Assembly: GCF_003334785.1 (NCBI RefSeq)
Contig: NZ_QOWV01000004.1
DNA length: 64,000 bases
Origin: Escherichia coli
GTDB lineage: Bacteria > Pseudomonadota > Gammaproteobacteria > Enterobacterales > Enterobacteriaceae
Direction: 5' to 3' (one strand)
The translations under genes were made by a program, and so were the position numbers. The first letter of the stretch is position 1, and each line of letters starts with the position of its first letter. Shown here piece after piece: positions 23,094 to 38,467 of this stretch. The notes under the pieces were generated by a model. The model did no database searches and was not told the origin of the DNA. It saw nothing but the letters and a program-made list of their open reading frames with translations.

Positions 23094-25766
23094 TTAAGCA
23101 ATGGTACGTTGGATCTCGATGATTTCGAATACTTCGATCACATCGCCAGTGCGGACGTCGTTGTAGTTCTTAACGCCGATACCACATTCCATACCGTTAC
23201 GGACTTCGTTAACGTCATCTTTGAAGCGGCGCAGGGACTCCAGCTCGCCTTCGTAGATAACCACGTTGTCACGCAGAACGCGGATCGGGTTGTGACGTTT
23301 AACCACACCTTCGGTAACCATACAGCCTGCGATGGCACCAAATTTCGGCGATTTGAACACGTCACGAACTTCCGCCAGACCGATAATCTGCTGTTTCAGT
23401 TCCGGAGACAGCATACCGCTCATCGCCGCTTTCACTTCGTCAATCAGGTTATAGATGACGGAGTAGTAACGCAGATCCAGGCTTTCCGCTTCAATCACTT
23501 TACGTGCAGAGGCATCAGCACGTACGTTAAAGCCAACCAGGATGGCGTTGGACGCCGCAGCCAGGGTGGCGTCGGTTTCGGTGATACCACCTACGCCAGA
23601 ACCGATGATCTTCACTTTAACTTCGTCAGTAGACAGTTTCAGCAAGGAGTCGGAGATCGCTTCGACAGAACCCTGTACGTCTGCCTTCAGGACGATATTC
23701 ACTTCGTGAACTTCGCCTTCGGTCATGTTGGCGAACATGTTCTCGAGTTTAGATTTCTGCTGACGCGCCAGTTTAACTTCGCGGAATTTACCCTGACGAT
23801 AGAGTGCAACTTCACGCGCTTTCTTCTCGTCACGTACAACGGTAACTTCATCACCCGCAGCCGGTACGCCGGACAGGCCGAGGATTTCCACCGGAATGGA
23901 CGGACCCGCTTCCAGCACTTCCTGACCCAGTTCGTTACGCATCGCACGAACACGACCGTATTCGAAGCCACACAGAACGATATCGCCCTTGTGCAGAGTA
24001 CCTTCACGTACCAGAACGGTAGCAACCGGACCACGACCTTTATCGAGGAAGGATTCGATAACCGCACCGCTCGCCATACCTTTACGTACCGCTTTCAGCT
24101 CCAGAACTTCCGCCTGCAGCAGGATAGCGTCCAGCAGTTCATCGATACCGGTACCCGCTTTCGCAGATACGTGTACGAACTGGCTTTCACCGCCCCACTC
24201 TTCCGGCAGGATGCCGTACTGGGAGAGTTCGTTCTTAACGCGATCCGGATCAGCTTCTGGTTTATCGATCTTGTTCACTGCAACCACCACCGGTACCTGC
24301 GCCGCTTTCGCGTGCTGGATTGCTTCGATGGTCTGCGGCATCACACCGTCGTCGGCAGCAACAACCAGGACTACGATGTCCGTTGCCTGCGCACCACGAG
24401 CACGCATTGAAGTAAACGCGGCGTGCCCCGGGGTGTCCAGGAAGGTGATCATGCCGTTTTCAGTTTCAACGTGGTATGCACCAATGTGCTGGGTAATGCC
24501 GCCCGCTTCGCCAGAGGCCACTTTCGTTGAACGAATGTAGTCCAGCAGAGAGGTTTTACCGTGGTCAACGTGACCCATGATGGTCACAACCGGCGCGCGC
24601 GGTTCAGCCGCAGCACCCGTGTCACGGTCGCTCATTACCGCCTCTTCCAGCTCGTTTTCACGACGCAGGATAACTTTATGGCCCATCTCTTCAGCAACCA
24701 GCTGTGCGGTTTCCTGATCGATAACCTGGTTGATGGTTGCCATTGCGCCCAGTTTCATCATCGCTTTGATGACCTGAGAGCCTTTAACCGCCATCTTGTT
24801 CGCCAGTTCGCCAACGGTGATAGTTTCGCCGATCACAACGTCACGGTTAACGGCCTGAGCAGGCTTCTGGAAGCCTTGCTGCAGCGAAGAACCTTTACGT
24901 TTTCCGCCTTTACCGCCACGTACTGCTGCGCGTGCTTCTTCACGATCAGCTTTTGATTCAGCGTGTTTGTTGCCTTTCTTCGGACGCGCTGCTTTCGCGT
25001 TACGACCACGGCCACGGCCGCCTTCGACTTCACGATCGCTTTCGTCTTCTGCCTGGCGAGCATGTTGAGAAGTAGTGACGTGATAATCGCTGGAATCTTC
25101 AGTCGGTTCCGCGTTATCAGTCCATTTGTTTTCTTCCGCCATACGACGTGCTTCTTCAGCAACGCGACGTGCTTCTTCTTCGAGTTTACGACGCGCTTCT
25201 TCTTCAGCTTTACGCTTGAGCTCTGCAGCTTCCTGCTCACGGCGGGCTTTTTCAGCCTGGGCGTTTTTAGTCATATCGTCTTGTTGATTGCTCACTTTGT
25301 CTTTTTCCGCAGCTTCACGTTTCGCTTGTTCAGCAGCTTCACGCTTAGCTTGTTCTGCGGCCTCACGTTCAGCTTTTTGTTGCGCCTCGCGTTTAGCCGA
25401 TTCTTCTGCCTCACGACGGGCTTGCTCTTCCGCTTCACGCTGCGCTTGCTCTTCCGCTGCAAGGCGTTCAGCCTCTTGCGGATCGCGTTTCACAAAGGTG
25501 CGTTTCTTGCGGACTTCGATTTGTACCGATTTGCTTTTTCCACCGGTACCAGGAATGTTAAGGGTGCTGCGTGTTTTACGTTGCAGCGTCAATTTGTCCG
25601 GGCCTGAATTTTTCTGATTCAGGTGGTCAATCAAAGTCTGTTTCTCTTGTGCAGACACAGAGTCGTCAGCAGACTTCCGGATACCTGCATCAGCAAATTG
25701 CTGTACCAGGCGTTCCACGGAGGTCTGTCGCTCTGCGGCCAGCGTTTTAATCGTTACATCTGTCAT
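23094..25766 (-). CDS. infB: translation initiation factor IF-2, 890 aa
   Basis: 890-aa ORF; GTP-binding motifs [17 protein letters not shown]; N-terminal charged repeat region; internal in-frame GTG (codon 158, 25293-25295) and ATG (codon 165). Confidence 0.97.
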
Positions 25767-25790
25767 GCTGTTCCTTCCTGCTACAGTTTA

Positions 25791-27278
<1,488 letters not shown>

Positions 27279-27305
27279 CGCGGGCTTTTCACCTCATCCA
27301 GACTA

Positions 27306-27758
27306 TTAAAAGTGGGGAACCAGGTTCGCCTTCTGGATATTACTCAGCGCGAACACTTCATCTTTACCTTCGACGGTAACTGTGATCATTTCACCGTCTA
27401 CCGCTTTGATAACGCCCTGCCATTTACGACGGTTTTGTACCGCCATACGGAGAACCAGAGTCACCTCTTCTCCGACAAAACGGGCGTAGTGTTCAGCCGT
27501 GAACAGTGGGCGATCGAGACCCGGTGAGGAGACTTCCAGGTTATAAGCAACGGTGATGGGATCTTCAACATCCAGCACAGCACTTACCTGGTGGCTCACA
27601 TCAGCACAATCATCAACATTGATGCCATCTTCACTATCAATATAGATGCGCAGTGTGGATGTGCGACCGCGAATAAATTCGATGCCAACCAGTTCAAAAC
27701 CCAGGGCCTCAACTGGCGCAGTAATCATCTCTGTTAATTTTTGCTCTAATGTGGACAA
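27306..27758 (-). CDS. rimP: ribosome maturation factor RimP, 150 aa
   Basis: TTG start at 27758 giving [20 protein letters not shown]; ORF-track start at 27770 is an extension. Confidence 0.9.
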
Positions 27759-27812
27759 GCCCACCCCCAAGACATAAAAAAAGGGCCTAAAGCCCAGTTA
27801 TTCTGTAGTCAG

Positions 27813-27840
27813 ATAACAAAAAACCCCGATAAATCGGGGC
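27813..27840 (-). terminator. intrinsic (partial) terminator downstream of metY
   Basis: Hairpin ccccgataaatcgggg followed on minus strand by a U-run (plus-strand aacaaaaaa). Confidence 0.6.
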
Positions 27841-27964
27841 TTTATATAACTGAACCCTATAACCGCAACTGCGGTCTGGAGCACTTTCCAGAAGGATTTT
27901 TTCAAATCCCACTACGAAGGCCGAAGTCTTCACAGTATATTTGAAAAAGGACTCTAAGGGAAAG

Positions 27965-28041
<77 letters not shown>

Positions 28042-28189
28042 CCTGAAACGTGGCAAATTCTACTCGTTTTGGGTAAAAAATGCAAATACTGCTGGGATTT
28101 GGTGTACCGAGACGGGACGTAAAATCTGCAGGCATTATAGTGATCCACGCCACATTTTGTCAACGTTTATTGCTAATCATGTGAATGAA

Positions 28190-28228
28190 TATCCAGTTCA
28201 CTTTCATTTGTTGAATACTTTTGCCTTC
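28190..28228 (+). promoter_or_regulatory. ARG-box-like operator motifs upstream of argG
   Basis: tgtgaatgaatatccagt and adjacent ttcatttgttgaata resemble the TNTGAATWWWWATTCANW ArgR box; about 160-200 bp upstream of argG ATG. Confidence 0.4.
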
Positions 28229-28373
28229 TCCTGCTCTCCCTTAAGCGCATTATTTTACAAAAAACACACTAAACTCTTCCTGTCTCCGATAAAAGATGAT
28301 TAAATGAAAACTCATTTATTTTGCATAAAAATTCAGTGAGAGCGGAAATCCAGGCTCATCATCAGTTAATTAA

Positions 28374-29732
<1,359 letters not shown>

Positions 29733-29739
29733 TTCGACA

Positions 29740-31365
29740 TCAACCCTGCCCTTCAGGGGTGGGGTTACCTTGCTTATCCTCTGTAAACTCCTTTCTGAGC
29801 ATCACATAATCGAAAACATCATGGTTTGCATCCACAACCCGTGAGTCTCCTTTATAGTGTGCAATCACTTCCTCAAGCGTTTGCGGCTGTTCCGGCTTTG
29901 TTACCCCCATCCACGCATTAATAAGGTAATTATTGTAAGCTGTCGAAAAGATGTTGTTTTCCGTTGTGCGATCCACGCCATCCCCAAGAACGGGGCTATA
30001 CCAGATAAACATCGGGACATGATATGCCTGCTGGCTAGCCTCCCTGCCTCCATGAAAATAGACGTTCTTCTTCGTAGGGTCACGTTCCAGGCCGTGGTCG
30101 GCAAAATACATGACCGAGGCGCGGCGATCTTTTAATAATTCAAAAACCTGACCTAGCAAACTATCTGTGTAATGAATGGAGTTGTCATAGCAGGCATCCT
30201 GATCGTCCTGCGGTTGAAACACGGCGCTGGATTGCGGATAGGCGCTACAAGCCGGTTCATGGCTTCCATTTAAATGAAGAACAATCAGTTTCTTTTGCTG
30301 CGTATTTTGCTGTAATGCTTGCGATAAATGCGGCAACAACAATTCATCAAATCCTCTGACATAAACTGTTTCCATGGCGCGCATGGCGATACTGGTAACT
30401 GCTGTACCATTCTGCCGAAAAGCGGATTGCGAGCTTAGCCAGAAAGTCTGAAATCCTGCTTGATTAGCCATATTAATAATGTTGTCGGGGTAATTATGAA
30501 TGTCATGACTCAAAACAGAATCAGCAGTTAAAGAAAGGGGAACCGACAGCGCAGTGTAAGGTGCGCCGCTTATTGCTTGATTAAACAGTTTGATCTGTTT
30601 TCTTTGTGCTTCAACTTGCGGTGTCGTAGAGCGTGTATATCCATACAAAGACATATTGTCGACACGTACAGACTCCCCCACAATCAACACGTAGGTATCA
30701 ATACCTGTATCCCTGACTGATAATTGAAAATACGGCACCGTGTTTGCAATTGAGAGTAATCTTTGATGCTCTTTCGCTGCTAAAGCAAAATAGTTGAGAT
30801 TGAAAAACGGCGTATAGGTAGCAAATCGCGACGCTAGTATATATGGACTGAACGCTTTTTTATTTTTTGCATCTTTATAAGCAAATTGACAAGCGGAAAA
30901 TAAACTGCCCGAAATGACAATCAGCAATAATATTCCTGTCACTTTTTTTGTCGGCAAGGAAACATCATATTTTATTATTACTGCCAAAAAAAGAAGGGAT
31001 AAAAAAGCAAAGGCACATAGATAAGGGATATACATCCCCAGCATTTTGACAACTTCATCCGGATCACTCTGGAGCACACTAATCGCAAATCCATCATTGA
31101 AAGTTGTACCAAAGGTACACCATGAATAGAGGCTAATACTCATGTCTGCCGCAGTCAGTAACACAAATGGTGCGGCAACAAGCAGGCGAAGCGGAAGGGA
31201 TGATATACGTTTTACAACCAGGATGGTCAGAACGAAGAACAGCAAGCGCTGAACCATATGCGCTCCGGAAGAAGCGACTAAGTTCGTAATACCAAAAACA
31301 ATAACACAAAGATACAACAACCAATGAGATTTAAAAGTTCTAGCAAATTTGTTGAATACTGTCAT
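29740..31365 (-). CDS. yhbX: putative EptA/OpgB-like sulfatase-family inner-membrane hydrolase (phosphoethanolamine-transferase-like), 541 aa
   Basis: ATG at 31365 (MTVFNKFARTFKSHW); N-terminal TM helices plus C-terminal sulfatase-like domain; markedly AT-rich versus flanks; ORF-track start at 31398 is an extension. Confidence 0.85.
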   Translation of the reverse strand: MTVFNKFARTFKSHWLLYLCVIVFGITNLVASSGAHMVQRLLFFVLTILVVKRISSLPLRLLVAAPFVLLTAADMSISLYSWCTFGTTFNDGFAISVLQSDPDEVVKMLGMYIPYLCAFAFLSLLFLAVIIKYDVSLPTKKVTGILLLIVISGSLFSACQFAYKDAKNKKAFSPYILASRFATYTPFFNLNYFALAAKEHQRLLSIANTVPYFQLSVRDTGIDTYVLIVGESVRVDNMSLYGYTRSTTPQVEAQRKQIKLFNQAISGAPYTALSVPLSLTADSVLSHDIHNYPDNIINMANQAGFQTFWLSSQSAFRQNGTAVTSIAMRAMETVYVRGFDELLLPHLSQALQQNTQQKKLIVLHLNGSHEPACSAYPQSSAVFQPQDDQDACYDNSIHYTDSLLGQVFELLKDRRASVMYFADHGLERDPTKKNVYFHGGREASQQAYHVPMFIWYSPVLGDGVDRTTENNIFSTAYNNYLINAWMGVTKPEQPQTLEEVIAHYKGDSRVVDANHDVFDYVMLRKEFTEDKQGNPTPEGQG

Positions 31366-31783
31366 CCAGAAATCCAAGTTCACAACCAATATAAACAATT
31401 ATCAACAATGTTTAATTTTATATCAGACATGTTTTTCAACTCTGATCCATATCAGAACGAAACACTGTTAGTTTTTTCTTTTTAAATGATGCGGCCATTG
31501 CGTTCTCAGTAATTAAATAACATTATCAATGCGTCTCTAAACATTACGCAGAACGTAGCCATCAGTCGTTATACTGACAGGAGCAGGATGGTTTATCGAG
31601 AAGTAAACATATCCGTATTCGTACCGGAACTGGAGTTGACACAATAAAGTGCCAATTATGTCAGTAGAAGGGAAAAATTTATAACTAAGGCGTACCGGCA
31701 CCATCGTTTCAAGGTACCAGCTACGAGTAAAGCAACTGGACGAGATACAGATACCTGACAACCATTCCTCAGACCAGGACCAA

Positions 31784-31810
31784 AACGAAAAAAGACGCTT
31801 TTCAGCGTCT
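31784..31810 (-). terminator. intrinsic terminator of secG-leuU transcript
   Basis: Hairpin agacgcttttcagcgtct followed on minus strand by a U-run (plus-strand A-run 31786-31792), directly 3' of leuU. Confidence 0.65.
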
Positions 31811-31823
31811 CTTTTCTGGAATT

Positions 31824-31910
31824 TGGTACCGAGGACGGGACTTGAACCCGTAAGCCCTATTGGGCACTACCACCTCAAGGTAGCGTGTCTACCAATTCCA
31901 CCACCTCGGC
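31824..31910 (-). tRNA. leuU: tRNA-Leu (GAG)
   Basis: Reverse complement reads GCCGAGGTGGTGGAATTGGTAGACACGCTACCTTGAGGTGGTAGTGCCCAATAGGGCTTACGGGTTCAAGTCCCGTCCTCGGTACCA: 87 nt with long variable arm and 3' CCA. Confidence 0.95.
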
Positions 31911-31924
31911 ACGGATACTACTTT

Positions 31925-32257
31925 TTAGTTCGGGATATCGCTGGTCGGCTTAGCCGGAGCAGCTGGCTGAGTTTGTTCGGTTTTCGCCGGTGCACTCAGA
32001 TTTTCCCATTCGCTACCTTTATTGGTTTTGTTGCTATTGATGTTACCCAGCACCAGACTGATGATGAAGAATAACGTTGCCAGCAGCGCCGTCATGCGGG
32101 TCATGAAGTTACCAGAACCACTTGAACCAAACAGCGTAGCGGAAGCGCCTGCTCCGAAGGAGGCTCCCATATCAGCGCCTTTACCTTGCTGCAGCATGAT
32201 CAGACCAACAAGGCCAATTGCCACAATAAGGAAAACTACTAAAAGAGCTTCATACAT
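31925..32257 (-). CDS. secG: protein-export membrane protein SecG, 110 aa
   Basis: ATG at 32257 (MYEALLVVFLIVAIGLV); 14 bp upstream of leuU; ORF-track start at 32305 is an extension. Confidence 0.95.
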   Translation of the reverse strand: MYEALLVVFLIVAIGLVGLIMLQQGKGADMGASFGAGASATLFGSSGSGNFMTRMTALLATLFFIISLVLGNINSNKTNKGSEWENLSAPAKTEQTQPAAPAKPTSDIPN

Positions 32258-32484
32258 AATCAACCTGTTCCTTGCGGAGTTGCCGCGTACCAATGCTTCA
32301 ACCAATAAAGCGGGAGTTTTTAATCTTTCCCACTGAAGCGGGTGTGAATACTAACCAAAGCGAATGACCTTCGCAAGGGCAATTTTATCGCATTGTATCA
32401 ACTGCGGAAAAAAACAGCAAAACCGATGTGTTCGCTGAGAAAAAAGGCGACAATCGCCGCCTTTTTAGCCAGTTATCTAACGCT

Positions 32485-33822
32485 TTAAACGGCTTTTACT
32501 GCATCGGCGATGCGGTGTGCAAATTCAGTCACCTGCGCTTCGTCTTCGCCTTCCACCATCACGCGAATTAACGGTTCGGTGCCGGATTTACGCAGCAACA
32601 CGCGTCCACGGTTGCCCAGCGCAGCTTCAACCTCTGCGGTCACGGCTTTAACTGACTCATGCTCAAGTGGATCGCCGCTACCTGCGGTGTAACGTACGTT
32701 AACCAGAATCTGCGGGAACATTTTCATGCCGCTGCAAAGGTCGTGCAGGCTCATATGGTTACGTGCCATCGCCGCCAGCACCTGCAAGCCAGCAACGATG
32801 CCGTCACCGGTAGTAGTTTTATCCAGCAGGATCACATGACCGGAATTCTCTGCACCGATACGCCAGCCTTTCTCCTGCATTTTTTCCAGTACGTAGCGGT
32901 CACCCACTTTCGCGCGCGCAAATGGAATTCCTAACTGTTTCAGCGCCAGTTCAAGCCCCATGTTGCTCATCAATGTACCCACAGCGCCACCACGCAGCTG
33001 GCCCTGACGAAGACCTTCACGCGCGATGATATACATGATCTGATCGCCATCGACTTTATTGCCTTCATGGTCAACCATAATCACGCGATCGCCATCGCCG
33101 TCGAAGGCAATACCGAGATCCGCTTTTTCAGCCAGCACACGAGCCTGGAGCGCGCGAACGTCGGTAGCCCCCACTTCGGCATTGATGTTTACACCGTTTG
33201 GCTCACAACCGATAGCGATAACGTTCGCCCCCAGTTCGCGCAGCACGTTCGGCGCGATGTGATAAGTCGCACCGTTTGCACAATCCACCACAATCTTCAG
33301 TTCACTGAGGCTAAGTTCGTTCGGGAACGTGGCTTTGCAAAACTCGATATAGCGACCCGCGGCATCAACGATACGGCTGGCTTTACCCAGTTCTGCCGAA
33401 TCAACGCAGCTGATCTCCTTTTCCATTTCCGCTTCGATGGCCTCTTCTACCGCATCCGGCAGTTTGGTGCCGTCGATAGAGAAGAATTTAATGCCATTAT
33501 CGTAGAACGGGTTATGCGATGCAGATATCACAATTCCGGCCTCTGCGCGGAAGGTACGCGTCAGATAAGCCACGGCCGGTGTTGGCATCGGGCCAGTGAA
33601 GAGTGCGGAAAGGCCCGCTGCCGCCAGACCCGCTTCCAGTGCTGACTCCAGCATATAGCCAGAAATACGCGTGTCTTTACCAATAATAATCTTACGGGAG
33701 CCGTGGCGCGCCAGCACTTTACCCGCGGCCCAACCCAGCTTAAGCACAAAATCAGGTGTGATCGGCGCATCCCCTACACGACCACGAATCCCATCGGTAC
33801 CGAAATATTTACGATTACTCAT
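32485..33822 (-). CDS. glmM: phosphoglucosamine mutase, 445 aa
   Basis: 445-aa ORF with active-site motif SASHNP. Confidence 0.97.
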
Positions 33823-34663
33823 AGCGTTTGTTTTCCTTTGCAGACAGAGTGGCTTCCACCACCCGCATCGCTTCTACGGTTTCTTTGACGTCATGAACAC
33901 GAATGATGTGCGCGCCTTGCATTGCGGCAATGACCGCACAGGCCAGACTACCGCTCAGGCGCTCGGACGGCCCCACGTTCAGCAGCTGCCCAATCATCGA
34001 TTTTCGTGACATACCCACCAACAGCGGCAGGTTGAAATGGTGAAATTCAGCCAGGCGCGCCAGTAATGAATAGTTATGGGAGAGATTTTTACCGAAACCG
34101 AATCCGGGGTCGAGCAACAATTTCTCTTTTGCGATACCCGCCTGCTCGCAACGTGCTATTTGCTCAATAAAGTAGCGATTCACTTCTGCAAAGACATCGT
34201 CATACTTCGGAGCTTCCTGCATGGTTTTTGGATTTCCCTGCATATGCATCAGACAAACCGGTAAACCGGTTTCTGCAGCCGCCTCCAGAGCGCCAGGTTC
34301 GGAAAGGGAGCGGATATCATTAATAATGTGAGCGCCAACTTTCGCTGACTCACGGATGACTTCTGGTTTGGATGTATCGACTGAGATCCAGACTTCGAAG
34401 CGTTGAGCAATTGCCTCAACCACAGGAATAACACGTTGCAACTCTTCTTCAACGCTAACTTCCGCCGCCCCTGGGCGCGTGGACTCGCCACCAACGTCAA
34501 TGATCGTCGCGCCAGCGTTGATCATCAGATTCGCATGTTTCACCGCATCTATCAGCGAGTTATGCGTGCCACCATCCGAAAAGGAATCAGGCGTGACGTT
34601 GAGGATCCCCATTACGTGAGGATGGCTAAGGTCCAGTGAAGTACCCTGGGCAAAGAGTTTCAT
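33815..34663 (-). CDS. folP: dihydropteroate synthase, 282 aa
   Basis: ATG at 34663 ([28 protein letters not shown]); 3' end overlaps glmM start by 8 nt. Confidence 0.95.
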
Positions 34664-34752
34664 GATGTTATCCCTGGTATGAATTGATAAGAAAAAACCC
34701 CGGAGCACGCCCCGGGGTTTTCGGTACAAATACAGTCATCTGATGCGGGAAC

Positions 34753-36687
34753 TTACTTGTCGCCTAACTGCTCTGACATGGTGTTACCCGGGTTCGGCGT
34801 ACGCGGTTCATCAACCGGACGAGGAGCCTTTGGACTACCATTGTCGCCAGAATTGTTAGAAGCGCCTGGTTCTTCCCAGCCCGCTGGCGGACGTACATCG
34901 CGACGTGCCATCAGGTCATCAATCTGCGGTGCGTCGATAGTCTCATATTTCATGAGAGCATCTTTCATCGCATGCAGAATATCCATATTGTCGGTCAGAA
35001 GCTGACGCGCACGATTATAGTTACGCTCAATCAGTGCTTTCACTTCCTGGTCGATGATACGTGCAGTTTCATCGGACATATGTTTCGCTTTCGCTACGCT
35101 ACGGCCGAGGAACACTTCACCTTCTTCTTCCGCGTACAGCAGTGGACCCAATTTCTCAGAGAAGCCCCACTGAGTCACCATGTTACGTGCCAGGTTGGTC
35201 GCAACTTTAATATCGTTGGACGCACCGGTAGATACATGTTCCGGCCCGTAGATGATCTCTTCTGCCAGACGACCACCGTACAGCGTAGAAATCTGGCTTT
35301 CCAGTTTCTGACGGCTGGCGCTGATTGCGTCGCCCTCAGGCAAGAAGAAAGTCACACCCAGCGCACGACCGCGTGGGATAATCGTCACTTTGTGCACCGG
35401 ATCGTGTTCCGGCACCAGGCGACCGATAATCGCATGACCCGCTTCGTGGTAAGCCGTCGATTCTTTCTGCGCTTCCGTCATCACCATGGAGCGACGTTCC
35501 GCACCCATCATGATTTTGTCTTTCGCTTTCTCGAACTCAACCATCGACACAACGCGTTTGTTGCCACGAGCAGCGAACAGTGCCGCTTCGTTCACCAGGT
35601 TCGCCAGGTCAGCACCGGAGAAACCAGGAGTACCACGGGCAATGATTGCCGCGTCGATATCGGGTGCCAATGGTACGCGACGCATGTGAACTTTCAGGAT
35701 CTGCTCACGACCGCGAACATCTGGCAAGCCGACCACAACCTGACGGTCGAAACGGCCAGGACGCAGCAGGGCCGGGTCGAGAACGTCCGGACGGTTAGTC
35801 GCGGCGATAACGATGATACCTTCGTTACCTTCGAAGCCATCCATCTCAACCAGCATCTGGTTCAGAGTCTGTTCACGTTCATCGTGACCACCGCCCAGAC
35901 CAGCGCCACGCTGGCGGCCTACGGCGTCGATTTCATCGATAAAGATGATGCACGGTGCCGCTTTCTTCGCCTGTTCGAACATGTCACGAACACGGGATGC
36001 ACCCACACCGACGAACATTTCTACGAAGTCAGAACCGGAGATAGTAAAGAACGGAACTTTCGCTTCGCCTGCAATCGCTTTCGCCAGCAGCGTTTTACCG
36101 GTACCCGGAGGACCGACCATCAAGACGCCTTTCGGGATCTTACCGCCGAGTTTCTGGAAGCGGCTCGGCTCGCGCAGATACTCAACCAGTTCAGCAACTT
36201 CTTCTTTTGCTTCGTCGCAGCCCGCAACGTCAGCAAAGGTCGTTTTGATCTGATCTTCCGTCAGCATGCGCGCTTTGCTCTTACCAAACGACATGGCACC
36301 TTTGCCACCGCCGCCCTGCATTTGACGCATGAAGAAGATCCAGACACCAATCAGCAACAGCATCGGGAACCAGGAGATGAAGATAGAAGCCAGCAGGCTT
36401 GGTTCTTCAGGCGGTTCACCGACAACCTTGACGTTCTTGGTCAACAGGTTATCCAGTAATTTCGGATCCTGAACCGGAATGTAAGTGGTATAACGGTTAC
36501 TATCTTTCTTGGTAACGTTGATTTCACGTCCGTTGATACGCGCTTCACGAACCTGGTCGTTATTGACCTCTTGTAGGAAGGTAGAGTAATCCACCTTACG
36601 GCCATTAGACTCGCTGGGCCCAAAGCTCTGGAATACTGACATCAGCACAACGGCAATGACCAGCCAGAGTATTAGGTTTTTCGCCAT
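34753..36687 (-). CDS. ftsH: ATP-dependent zinc metalloprotease FtsH, 644 aa
   Basis: ATG at 36687 ([15 protein letters not shown]); Walker A GPPGTGKT, zinc site HEAGH. Confidence 0.97.
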
Positions 36688-36786
36688 GTCACTCAAGGGA
36701 TTAACCTCTTATTACAACTGTGTTAAAAACAGCGTCAGGATACTCTATATCCAGCATCTTTCAAACTTTCGTCTGAAATCTCCCGG

Positions 36787-37416
36787 TTAGGGTTTACGCC
36801 CGGTCGCTACAATATACACTTCCCGCGAACGTGCACGAGAAGAGTCCGGCTTACGAACTTTGACCTTCGTAAACAGGGAGCGAATTTCCCTTAGATACTC
36901 ATCGAAACCTTCGCCCTGGAACACCTTCACTACAAAACTGCCACCTGGCGCTAATACATCACGACACATTTCTAGCGCCAGTTCCACCAGATACATGGCA
37001 CGGGGGATATCCACCGCCGGTGTTCCGCTCATGTTTGGTGCCATATCGGACATGACAACCTGGACTTTGCTGTCGCCAACGCGCTCCAGCAGTGCTTTCA
37101 TCACCAGTTCATCACGAAAATCGCCCTGAAGAAAGTCCACACCAACGATAGGATCCATAGGTAAAAGATCGCAAGCGATGATGCGGCCTTTGCCGCCAAT
37201 TTGGGTGACCACATATTGTGACCAACCACCCGGAGCAGCACCAAGGTCGACAACCGTCATTCCCGGTTTAAAGAGTTTGTCACTTTGCTGTATTTCATCA
37301 AGTTTAAACCAGGCACGGGAACGTAACCCCTTTTTCTGTGCCTGTTGAACATATTTATCGCTAAAGTGTTCCTGAAGCCAGCGGCTGGAGCTGGCAGAAC
37401 GCTTCTTACCTGTCAT
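36787..37416 (-). CDS. rlmE: 23S rRNA U2552 2'-O-ribose methyltransferase, 209 aa
   Basis: 209-aa ORF; SAM-binding motif [13 protein letters not shown]. Confidence 0.97.
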
Positions 37417-37541
37417 TTAACTTTCCCATGGGGATAACTCATCGTAACCAATTGCGTAAATTTTTACGCGCCTATTTGGTGATATATGGGAGATGGCGGT
37501 AGAATGACCCGTTTTCAATCCCAACGTAAGCAAAAAATACG

Positions 37542-37835
37542 ATGAATCTGAGTACTAAACAAAAACAGCACCTGAAAGGTCTGGCACATCCGCTCAAGCC
37601 AGTTGTTCTGCTTGGCAGTAATGGTTTGACCGAAGGGGTGCTGGCCGAGATTGAACAAGCGTTAGAGCACCATGAACTCATCAAGGTGAAAATCGCCACC
37701 GAAGATCGCGAAACTAAAACCTTGATCGTGGAAGCTATCGTGCGCGAAACCGGCGCCTGTAATGTACAGGTCATCGGTAAAACGCTGGTGCTTTATCGCC
37801 CAACTAAAGAACGTAAAATCTCGCTGCCACGCTAA
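37542..37835 (+). CDS. yhbY: CRS1/YhbY-domain RNA-binding protein (ribosome assembly), 97 aa
   Basis: 97-aa ORF MNLSTKQKQHLKGLAHPLKPVVLLGSNGLTEGV; divergent from rlmE. Confidence 0.95.
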   Translation: MNLSTKQKQHLKGLAHPLKPVVLLGSNGLTEGVLAEIEQALEHHELIKVKIATEDRETKTLIVEAIVRETGACNVQVIGKTLVLYRPTKERKISLPR

Positions 37836-37923
37836 GATTATCCTAAAGTTACACACATTTGCTGTGTAAAACGAGGGGTTTTCCGCAGGCAGGAGAGCAA
37901 AATGCCACGCTCTGTTCGTTGAT

Positions 37924-37947
37924 AAAAGGCCGCATAGCGGCCTTTTT
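37924..37947. terminator. bidirectional intrinsic terminator between convergent yhbY and greA
   Basis: aaaaggccgcatagcggccttttt: GC stem flanked by A-run and T-run. Confidence 0.6.
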
Positions 37948-37990
37948 CCTTTCTTTACAATACATCAACATCTTGAGTATTGGGTAATTC

Positions 37991-38467
<477 letters not shown>

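Noticed and set aside
22695-24410. 571-aa ORF on the plus strand antisense to infB (also 23989-24540 and 24963-25607)
   Set aside because: Lies wholly inside the confidently identified infB gene on the opposite strand; low-complexity His/Phe/Arg-rich translation with no start context. It is a stop-codon-poor antisense frame of a highly expressed, codon-biased gene, not a separate gene.
31537-31761. 74-aa ORF in the AT-rich yhbX-leuU spacer
   Set aside because: No Shine-Dalgarno, and an AT-rich spacer is expected to yield random ORFs; I know of no homolog. It could still be tested by Ribo-seq, but the evidence is too weak to call.
34972-36459. 495-aa ORF antisense to ftsH
   Set aside because: Embedded in ftsH on the opposite strand; antisense-frame artefact.
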